Shown one piece after another: positions 53,512-61,880 of a DNA stretch of 64,000 nucleotides. Source of the stretch: Bdellovibrionales bacterium (lineage in GTDB: Bacteria; Bdellovibrionota; Bdellovibrionia; Bdellovibrionales; JAUICD01); NCBI GenBank assembly GCA_965203275.1, contig OZ241865.1, positions 256,001 to 320,000 of the forward strand, written 5' to 3'. The translations under genes and the position numbers were made by a program. Every line of letters starts with the position of its first letter. Position 1 is the first letter of the stretch. The notes beneath the pieces were generated by a model. That model made no database searches. It was given only the letters and a program-made list of their open reading frames with translations, and had not been told where the DNA came from.

Positions 53512-53512
53512 G

Positions 53513-54742
53513 TTATGTCACTCCTTCTGAAAGTTGGAAGATAGGCAAATATAAACTAATCACTATAAAACCTATTATAAGACCTAAGAAGATAATCATA
53601 AGAGGTTCAATCGTGCTGATCAATCCACTGGTGGATCGTTCTACTTCATCCTCATAGAAATTAGCTAGTTTTTCCATAAGTTTATCTAAAGAACCTGTTT
53701 GTTCACCAATACCCATCATCTGAACAACCATACCAGGAATATATTTATTTTTAGAAAAAGGCACTATAATAGATTCTCCTTCTATAATAGAAGTTTTAGC
53801 ATTTTTAAAAGCCTCTTGAATAAAGTGATTCCCTGCTGTATTTCCAGATATATCTAAGCTGTCTAAAACAAAAACACCACTGGATAACATGCTAGAGAAC
53901 GTTCTGCAACTCCTAGCTAGAGCATTTTTTTGTATTAAAGTGCCGAAAAGAGGCAACTGAATAAGTATAGAATCAACAAGTATACGGCCATTTTTTGTTT
54001 GGTAAAAATTAATGGCACCTACAACTAATGCTATAATAGCTAAAATGATAAGATACCAATAATCTTTGACAAAATGGCTTGTATTAATAATGAACCTTGT
54101 TATTGCAGGAAGTTCCATACCACTGCTTAAGAAAAGCTCTTCAAATTTAGGGATAACGTAAATCATCATAACAGCTATAACCACTCCAGAGATAATTAAA
54201 ACACCAGCAGGATACCAAAGAGCTGCAATTACTTTGCCTTTAATTCTTTCAGACTTTTCAATATATTCAGCTATGCGTCTGAGTGTAATATCTAAAGCAC
54301 CAGCTGTTTCACCTGCCTTGACCATACTCACATAAGCTGTATCAAAAATTTGTGAATTAGCTGAAAGGGCATCACTGAGATCACTTCCACCCTGAATACG
54401 ATCATGCACATTTAATAAAGCTTCTTTTAGATTACGATTTTGAGTTGTGGAAGCTAATATAGAAATAGCTTGAAGTATAGGAATCCCTGCATCTATCAAA
54501 GTCGAGAATTGTCTTGTTGAGCTTTGGAGTTCCTTAGATGAAATGCTCTTTTTTGTAGCAAAGCCTACAAGAGAGATAATGTCTTTGTTGCTTTTGGCTT
54601 TTTCTTTGAGCTTGAGAGGTATCAAATGTTGGCTTTTTAGTTTGACTCTAGCTTCTAGATCATTTTCTGCATCAATGGATCCTTTGACAACCTTACCTTG
54701 CATGTTCCTAGCTTGAAAAGAAAATGTAGGCATTTTAACCAA
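53513..54742 (-). CDS. pilC: Type IV pilus platform protein
   Basis: TRQFSTLIDAGIP, AGETAGALD, GEQTGSLD, IEP; located between pilT and pilS. Confidence 0.88.
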   Translation of the reverse strand: MVKMPTFSFQARNMQGKVVKGSIDAENDLEARVKLKSQHLIPLKLKEKAKSNKDIISLVGFATKKSISSKELQSSTRQFSTLIDAGIPILQAISILASTTQNRNLKEALLNVHDRIQGGSDLSDALSANSQIFDTAYVSMVKAGETAGALDITLRRIAEYIEKSERIKGKVIAALWYPAGVLIISGVVIAVMMIYVIPKFEELFLSSGMELPAITRFIINTSHFVKDYWYLIILAIIALVVGAINFYQTKNGRILVDSILIQLPLFGTLIQKNALARSCRTFSSMLSSGVFVLDSLDISGNTAGNHFIQEAFKNAKTSIIEGESIIVPFSKNKYIPGMVVQMMGIGEQTGSLDKLMEKLANFYEDEVERSTSGLISTIEPLMIIFLGLIIGFIVISLYLPIFQLSEGVT

Positions 54743-54840
54743 CCTTATAAATCTTAATGATCATTATTATTACTTTTTTATTCTTCTATTATAAATAAAA
54801 TTACCAACAAAAGACAATATTGAAAAATATTGAATATATT

Positions 54841-55887
54841 TTATATCCCTACTTTTTTTAAAAGATGATCAAGCTCCTGTGGATTAGGACTCATGGAAAA
54901 TGCTGTACGAAGTTCTATTTTCCTTTTAATAAGAAGATTCATTAAAGATTGATTAAAAGAAATCATACCTGTTGTGTGTTGGTCTTTTTTGATCAGATCT
55001 TCAATAGGAGCTAAGTCTTGATTTTGGATACATTTGCGTATTTCTTGTGTAGAAAGTAAAATCTCAGTTCCTAAAACTGGTTCACCAGATTTACCTGGTA
55101 AAAGTCGTTGATAAATAATAGCCTTTAGATGAGTGCTTAAACGTCTAGCCATCAAAGCAGATTCACCTTCTAAAAACTGTTCAATAGTATTGACAGCAGA
55201 TGTAGCAAATGTTGTGGTCATAACAAGACAACCGCCTACACAAACATCCAGAACTTTTTTACGATCAAGGGAGTGATACATATCTGATAAAAAACAAACA
55301 TCCATATTTTGTTGAAAAATATTATAAACATTGAATTGTTGAGCTGAACTTATTTGCTTTTGATGAATAAGTGATTTTTCAGATGCCATTGGATGCTCTA
55401 AGAGCCTTTCTAATGTGAGGATGTACAGGGATTTATTTTGATTCCAATACTTTATAAAAGCATTTGCTGTTGTTGATCGACCACTGTTCATTGGTCCTGA
55501 AATAAGAATAAGTCCATCTGTGTATTTTGCAATCTCAATAATATTTTGGGGAAGACCTAGCTCTTCTATAGATGGCAGTAAGAGGGGAATGCAATGAAAA
55601 TGAATTTTTAATTTATTATTTTCTTCTTCGTGCAGAAATACTCTATATCGATCTTGTCTTTGATAAATAAAAAGAATATTTTTTTCTTCAAAGAAAGCCT
55701 CTTTTTGTTGATCAGTCAAGCAGGATAAAAGCGTTTGTTTTATTTCTGAACATTGATCATCTGTGAGGGGCGGGTGGTTTTCTATAGGATATATTTTCCC
55801 ATTACGGCGTAATAAAGGAATGGACCCAGAGGCCATGTATAAATCTGACCCATGAAAAGCATCTAAAATTTTATCTAAATCACTCAT
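54841..55887 (-). CDS. pilT: PilT-like ATPase with degenerate catalytic motifs
   Basis: GSDLY, GLILISGPMNSGRSTT, QRLLP, EILL, GMISFNQSL; occupies the pilT position in the operon. Confidence 0.7.
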   Translation of the reverse strand: MSDLDKILDAFHGSDLYMASGSIPLLRRNGKIYPIENHPPLTDDQCSEIKQTLLSCLTDQQKEAFFEEKNILFIYQRQDRYRVFLHEEENNKLKIHFHCIPLLLPSIEELGLPQNIIEIAKYTDGLILISGPMNSGRSTTANAFIKYWNQNKSLYILTLERLLEHPMASEKSLIHQKQISSAQQFNVYNIFQQNMDVCFLSDMYHSLDRKKVLDVCVGGCLVMTTTFATSAVNTIEQFLEGESALMARRLSTHLKAIIYQRLLPGKSGEPVLGTEILLSTQEIRKCIQNQDLAPIEDLIKKDQHTTGMISFNQSLMNLLIKRKIELRTAFSMSPNPQELDHLLKKVGI

Positions 55888-56138
55888 ATTATTATCTTCT
55901 TATTTTTTGGTTTTGATATATTTTTAAAGTGTTTAAACTGCAATGTAAATTCTAAAACTAAAAGGTATTTCTTAAGACAATCAATATTTAATTATGCTTC
56001 TTCATCCTGATCATAGCTATCATAGACTGAAAGCATTTATATATTATTTTATGAAGAGGATTTTTTCAACTTCTTTCCTGGAAATTTCTTAAAACTTAAA
56101 TTGTTTATATTATTGTGGGGATCACATCTCAACACACT

Positions 56139-57062
56139 CTAAGAAAAGGGTGGAAGAAATGGCATTTGAGATAAGGGATGATGTTTTTCAACAACAGATT
56201 CAAGTGATTCTTTTATTTTAGGTTTAGAAAGGCAAGCTGGATATTTCTTTGTGCTTTCTATACGTTTATGTCCTAATAGCTCTTGAATAGACTCTAATTT
56301 AGCACCTGATTTGTATAGGGCAGCTGCACAACCATGCCGGAACTGCTGAGGGTGTACGACTTCATCTAATCCTGCATTCTTTGACCAGGTGGCAAGCCAA
56401 CGCCAAATATCTATACGACTAGCCCGCTTCCCCTTATCATTCAAAATAAGTGCATGCACATCTTCTGGTTTTAAGTGAGGTCGTACCTTTGATATATAAA
56501 ATTTTAATTGTTTGAGAAGAATATCTGAAAGAGGGATAGTGTATTGTAAGTTAGCTTTTGAAATTTTTAATGTTTTGTTTTCTTTGTTTATATCTTGCAA
56601 ATTACACGCAATAAGCTGTGAAACTCGAAGGCCTAAATCAAATAATATTAAAAGTGTTGTTTGATTACGCAAGGTTTTAAAGTGATTATTTGTTTGACAG
56701 GCTTGGTATATTTTTTTGAAAGTCTCAAGACTTAAAATTGGTGGTGGAAGTGAAGACAAGCGAGGAGAAGGTATATTATTAATCAAAGACAATATATTGT
56801 CTGTCAATTGTCTGGGGTCTTCTTGTTGCAAAAACTTAAAATAAGTTTTGAGACTACTGATCACACGAGCTTGTGATCTTTGACTTAAACCTCTTTCATC
56901 CATAAAAATCATAAAATCTTGAAGGTCGTCATCTTCTTGGGCATTTAGAGCAAACTCCCTATAAACCGATAAGTCTCTCTTATAAGCTAAAAAAGTATTT
57001 TGAGAATATTTTTTATTTTTTTTTAAATGATCTAAAAATTCATCAAACAACACCAAAAGCAT
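56139..57062 (-). CDS. XerD-like tyrosine recombinase
   Basis: SQNTFLAYKRDL, GLRVSQL, HPQQFRH, IQELLGH, STKKY, HHP. Confidence 0.82.
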   Translation of the reverse strand: MLLVLFDEFLDHLKKNKKYSQNTFLAYKRDLSVYREFALNAQEDDDLQDFMIFMDERGLSQRSQARVISSLKTYFKFLQQEDPRQLTDNILSLINNIPSPRLSSLPPPILSLETFKKIYQACQTNNHFKTLRNQTTLLILFDLGLRVSQLIACNLQDINKENKTLKISKANLQYTIPLSDILLKQLKFYISKVRPHLKPEDVHALILNDKGKRASRIDIWRWLATWSKNAGLDEVVHPQQFRHGCAAALYKSGAKLESIQELLGHKRIESTKKYPACLSKPKIKESLESVVEKHHPLSQMPFLPPFS

Positions 57063-57177
57063 AAAACTCCTAGAAGTCCTCTCAAAAATAAATTATACAA
57101 CACTTATTTGCTAATTGAATGCTCTTTTTATGATCTCTTAGGCTGTCAGACAGTCTGGTAACCTCCATATCTGATGG

Positions 57178-57747
57178 CTATTCTTCAAAAGACAGAATAA
57201 CACTTTTGCCATTTCTGAAATTGCGAACCCAAGAGATAATTTGACGATTTTGATTTATATTAAAAACATCACTTTCAACCTTTTGACTCAAGTGGTATTT
57301 GATGAGCATGCCATCAGGTGTTTGGTCTAGAGAAGAGCCACAAGCTTGTCTTCTAGCTAGGGCAGATAGCTCCATAACAGCAGCTCTTAAAGCTGTTTGC
57401 TCTCTTTGAGGATTAATATCTGGATAGCGTACAAAACCTTTGTTATTAGCATGTGGATGTTCTGGTAAGTAACGATTAATGTATTTAGCTTCTTTGGCAA
57501 TATAGCAATTTTTACGGTGACATCTTAATATAAGGGCTTGATAAGGTTCTCCAGAAGGTGTTTTTGTCACACGAAAATGGCGTAAGTTAGAACCATGTAC
57601 ACTCACCCTTAAAAAAGATTTTTTAAGATCTCTGCAAGCTATATCTGTTACATTTGATAGAGGAGTCCTCCTATCTATTGCAGCCATAGCTGGATGGGTC
57701 AACCCTATAATTAAAAAGATATAAATAAGTTTCCGATATGTTACCAT
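57178..57747 (-). CDS. Secreted protein with a FlgC-like segment
   Basis: Signal peptide (AMA-A); TPSGEPYQ and YLPEHPHANNKGFVRYPDIN resemble the flagellar rod protein FlgC. Confidence 0.55.
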   Translation of the reverse strand: MVTYRKLIYIFLIIGLTHPAMAAIDRRTPLSNVTDIACRDLKKSFLRVSVHGSNLRHFRVTKTPSGEPYQALILRCHRKNCYIAKEAKYINRYLPEHPHANNKGFVRYPDINPQREQTALRAAVMELSALARRQACGSSLDQTPDGMLIKYHLSQKVESDVFNINQNRQIISWVRNFRNGKSVILSFEE

Positions 57748-57810
57748 TGTGATTATGCCTTTGAATATAAAATATCAAATATGCAACAAAGTGACAAGTA
57801 GGCAATGGTT

Positions 57811-59103
57811 TTAATTTATTTTTTTAGGGGTTTGTAAAATTTGGTGAGCTGTTAAATAATTATAAGCTGTCAAAACATCAAAATCCGTATCTAAAAGCTT
57901 CTTTTTGTGTTCATTATTTGTTGTTTTTGTAAATTCATTACTTTCTTCTTCTTTTTTTAAAGCACCTTTTATGTCGCTTTCTCTCTTGATTTTACGTTGC
58001 ACAAGAGCTTTTTTATAGGCCGTTAAATTGACATGATCAATTTTAATATTAGGCATAATACCTTTTGCTTGAATAGCTTGTCCATTGGGAGTATAATAAC
58101 GTGCCACTGTCATTTTAAGAGCAGAACCATCATCAAATTTGACCAAAGATTGAATAGAACCCTTGCCAAAGCTTCTACGCCCCATAACAAGAGCTCTGTT
58201 ATGATCTTGCAGTGCTCCTGCAAGAATTTCACTAGCACTTGCTGAATATTCATTGATCAAAATAATCACTGGAAAATCTTTAGTAAGAGTATCTTCATTG
58301 TGAGCATAAATAATATTATTTTTACTTTTATCTTTACCTTTAGTAGAGACAATAACACCCTTCTCAATAAATAAATCAGTGATCTTAATAGCCTGATCTA
58401 AAAGCCCTCCGGGGTTATTTCTTAAATCTAAAATCAACCCTTTTAAACCTTCTTGATTCTTGTGTCTCATTAATAACTCTTTAAAGTCGTCGTATGTTTT
58501 TTTAATAAAGCTTGTCATTCGGAAGTAGGCATAGCCTGACTCTAAGTTAATATATTTTACAGAACGTACTTTGACTTGGCCTCTTTCTATTTCAAAAAAT
58601 TTAGGTTCTTTTTCATCTGGGCGTACAATTTTCAATCTCACTTTTGTACCTAGAGGACCTCTTAGCCTTTGTCCAATTTCAGAAAGGGTCAGGCCCTTTA
58701 TAGATTGATCGTCAATAGCTACAATTTGATCTCCTGCTTGAATACCAGCTTTCCATGCTTGAGAATCTTCTATAGGAGAGATAATAGTTAAAACACTATT
58801 TTTTAAAGTGATTTCTATACCAATGCCTCCAAATTCTCCTAATGTCGTAGATTGAAAAGATTTATACATATCTGCTGAAAGGAAGTGGGTATGAGGATCT
58901 AACTCTGCTAACATGCCTTTAATAGCTCCGTGAATCAAGTTTTCAGTATTGACCTCTTCTACGTAGTATTGTTGTAGAATGTGTAGAGCTTTAGTAAATA
59001 CAGAGAGTAATATGTAATTGTTTTTTGTAGCTTTTACTCCAAATGATATGGATAAAATAAAAACAGTACAAATCAAAGCAATGGTTATTTGTTTTTTGCT
59101 CAT
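57811..59103 (-). CDS. ctpA: S41 C-terminal processing peptidase
   Basis: LDPHT, FGGIGI PDZ, LDLRNNPGGLL, SASASEI, FGKGSIQ, YYTPNG. Confidence 0.92.
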   Translation of the reverse strand: MSKKQITIALICTVFILSISFGVKATKNNYILLSVFTKALHILQQYYVEEVNTENLIHGAIKGMLAELDPHTHFLSADMYKSFQSTTLGEFGGIGIEITLKNSVLTIISPIEDSQAWKAGIQAGDQIVAIDDQSIKGLTLSEIGQRLRGPLGTKVRLKIVRPDEKEPKFFEIERGQVKVRSVKYINLESGYAYFRMTSFIKKTYDDFKELLMRHKNQEGLKGLILDLRNNPGGLLDQAIKITDLFIEKGVIVSTKGKDKSKNNIIYAHNEDTLTKDFPVIILINEYSASASEILAGALQDHNRALVMGRRSFGKGSIQSLVKFDDGSALKMTVARYYTPNGQAIQAKGIMPNIKIDHVNLTAYKKALVQRKIKRESDIKGALKKEEESNEFTKTTNNEHKKKLLDTDFDVLTAYNYLTAHQILQTPKKIN

Positions 59104-59180
59104 CTATTGAATCCTTTTATTCTTTTATTGTATCGAATATTAGAAGGGGACGACTAGAATAGGATAAGTCTAGTTTTTCT

Positions 59181-59770
59181 TTTCACTAAAAGTGGGCTGT
59201 TTCCCTAAAATTGAACTAGCCTCTGGCTACTTTTGGGCAGTTAGCCCGACGGCTACCGCCGTCGATCAAAGGCTAACTGCCTCAAAAGCCTGTTCAATTT
59301 TAGGAAGGAGGATCTCTTCGTTTCTTAACACCATGTTAAGGAAACAAAATGCCTTTTCTGCTTGATGCCCTCAAAAGCCTGTTCAATTTTAGGAAGGAGG
59401 ATCTCTTCGTTTCTTAACACTATGTTAAGGAAACAAAATGCCTTTTCTGCTTGATGCCCTCAAAAGCCTGTTCAATTTTAGGAAGGAGGATCTCTTCGTT
59501 TCTTAACACTATGTTAAGGAAACAAAATGCCTTTTCTGCTTGATGCCCTCAAAAGCCTGTTCAATTTTAGGAAGGAGGATCTCTTCGTTTTTTGACCACA
59601 TGTTAAGGAAACAAAATATTCATTTCACCCCGGGATCCGGCAAACAGGCATCCGGACCCCGGGATATGATCCCGGATCCTGGATAAACATCATGTTAAAG
59701 AAACAAAGTGTTCGCTTTATCCCTGCCTGTCTGCTTGATGCTGGGTTGCCGGATTGCCGGGTCCCAAATC
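59181..59770 (-). repeat. Family 1: end stub, full core (59204-59303), 89-bp half-unit tandem and heptamer block
   Basis: CTCAAAAGCC recurs at 59281, 59370, 59459 and 59548. Confidence 0.92.
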
Positions 59771-60249
59771 ATGGAGAAAAACCATTATATTAAAAACTAA
59801 TGTTCAATTCTGACCCATTAGCAAAATTTTATATCTCTACCACCCTGATGGGTCTCTAACGTGAAAAATAATTTTCCCCTAAAATGTTGCATATTAATGA
59901 AACATAATACGTAATCCACTCATTTGATCTAAAAAATATAAGTAATTTCAAATACTTAATACTGTAACTTTTATACAAAAGTCACAGTCACAATATGTTT
60001 TTAGCTTAAAATATGTAGTGTCTTGATAAAAACTTATACTTTTATAGCTTTACCCTTTCTTTTTTAAGATGAAAGGGGTTGTTTGGAGGATAAGGTCTTT
60101 TTTATGACCTCTATGCCTCTTTATAACTCTCTTTAAAAATTATAAAAGTCAATTTTTCAAAGCCATTAATACTCATATTATTTGCATTATAAAATATATA
60201 ATTGCATAATAAAAAACAATATATTGCATAATACAATATCATTTCACTA

Positions 60250-60281
60250 GAAGTGACCAGAGGTCAGACCACTTTTAGGAA
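60250..60281 (+). repeat. Family 1 end fragment overlapping the tadA stop codon
   Basis: AAGTGACCAGAGGTCAGACCACTTTTAG matches the end of the 63788 copy (reverse complement). Confidence 0.8.
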
Positions 60282-60733
60282 AAAGAAGATCGAATTTCTT
60301 GAAAGAAATTTTTTAATATAAGGCTACATTCTTTTTCTAAGATACCACTGACTACTTCTGGTCTATGATTAAGTCTTTGATCATTTAAAACTTGATAAAG
60401 GGAAAAAACAGCCCCTGTTTTAGGATCCAATGCTCCTATCACTACTTTTGAGATACGTGATTGCAAAATAGCTCCTCCACACATCAAGCAAGGCTCTAAT
60501 GAGACAAAAAGTGTGCATCCTGATAACCGCCAAGTTGCCAGTTTTTGTGCAGCCTTTTGAATGGCTAAAATTTCAGCATGTCCTGTAGGTTGATGGCTAC
60601 TTTCTTTTTGATTAAAGGCCCTAGCTAAAATTTCATCATCTTTTGTAATAATAGCCCCTACAGGGACTTCCTTAAGATCAAAAGCTTTTTGAGCTTCTAA
60701 CAAGGCTAATTTCATACCTTCTTCATTTTTCAC
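60275..60733 (-). CDS. tadA: tRNA adenosine(34) deaminase
   Basis: EVPVGA, HAEI, LEPCLMCGGA, DPKTGA, LNH, FF. Confidence 0.93.
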   Translation of the reverse strand: MKNEEGMKLALLEAQKAFDLKEVPVGAIITKDDEILARAFNQKESSHQPTGHAEILAIQKAAQKLATWRLSGCTLFVSLEPCLMCGGAILQSRISKVVIGALDPKTGAVFSLYQVLNDQRLNHRPEVVSGILEKECSLILKNFFQEIRSSFS

Positions 60734-60903
60734 ATCTCACCCTTTTTTATAAAGAAGTTTCAAGTCCAAAGTTTTATATAATAAAATATTTATATTTTAA
60801 GGCACTTGAAAGCATAAGTGAATATTCTTTTAACCATATAAGAATCTAGGGGTGTCTTATGGGAAATAATATTTTATAAACTTAAAATCATAAGGAGAAA
60901 ATA

Positions 60904-61188
60904 ATGAACTTACAAAAACCACAACAAGTCAATCATCTACAAGAAAGCCATTTACCAAAAACATCTATAGATGAATCTTATTTTACAATGCATGTCCATG
61001 CTGAGCATGTTCATGCTAAGCATGTTCGTGCTGAGTCTATTTATACTCAACAGTTTGTTTGTGAGCAATGTGGACAAAAAAACTCTTTTATTTATAAGGT
61101 TAATAGCTCCTACAGTCAAATTCAAGAACAAACTCACTGCAAAAGCTGTCATTTTAAAAGCCATTTTAAAAAGTTTATTTTGCAATAA
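60904..61188 (+). CDS. Small putative zinc-binding protein with a His-rich repeat
   Basis: AAGGAG RBS, HVHAE-HVHAK-HVRAE, CEQC...CKSC. Confidence 0.6.
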   Translation: MNLQKPQQVNHLQESHLPKTSIDESYFTMHVHAEHVHAKHVRAESIYTQQFVCEQCGQKNSFIYKVNSSYSQIQEQTHCKSCHFKSHFKKFILQ

Positions 61189-61770
61189 GGACCTTCTATT
61201 GTCTAATTTCGTGTGTTTTTGTCTATCCGTACGTACCTCCTTCAGAGATACGTGAACTATTTCCCTCAAAATTTCCCTTCCTTGAATCTATTATTTCTAA
61301 TTTCGTACATCCACCAGATCAAGCTTCTTTCAGAGAATAGGAAGGTCAATTTTGAGGTGATCGGCTAGAATCTCATTGCATAACATCCTATATCCATACT
61401 CTTTGTTGTACATATTATTCTCAACCCTTCATTAAGGGCCTTCTATTGTCTAATTTCGTGTGTTTTTGTCTATCCGTACGTACCTCCTTCAGAGATACGT
61501 GAACTATTTCCCTCAAAATTTCCCTTCCTTGAATCTATTATTTCTAATTTCGTACATCCACCAGATCAAGCTTCTTTCAGAGAATAGGAAGGTCAATTTT
61601 GAGGTGATCGGCTAGAATCTCATTGCATAACATCCTATATCTATACTCTTTGTTGTACATATTATTCTCAATCCTTCATTAAGGGCCTTCTATTGTCTAA
61701 TTTTGTTAATTTTTTTTCTAACTTCGATGATTTTTGTCTACCCGTACGAACCTTTTTTAGAAATACGTGC
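61189..61770 (-). repeat. 247-bp tandem duplication containing Family 2 repeats, plus a diverged partial third copy
   Basis: CCTTCTATTGTCTAATTT at 61192, 61439 and 61686. Confidence 0.92.
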
Positions 61771-61774
61771 GTTG

Positions 61775-61860
61775 GTTCACTAAAAGTAAACTGACCTCTG
61801 GTCACTTTTGGGTTGCCAGTTCCCAGATCCCGGATCCCAGATCCCGGATCCTGGATAAAC
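61775..61860 (-). repeat. Family 1 end fragment fused to a heptamer block
   Basis: TTCACTAAAAGTAAACTGACCTCTGGTCACTTTTGG followed by GTTGCCAG and (GATCCCR)n. Confidence 0.85.
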
Positions 61861-61880
61861 ACATACTTTTTGATACAAGA

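Noticed and set aside
59812..59856. Isolated 10-bp inverted repeat GACCCATTAG/CTGATGGGTC as an ncRNA
   Set aside because: A single hairpin with no other support
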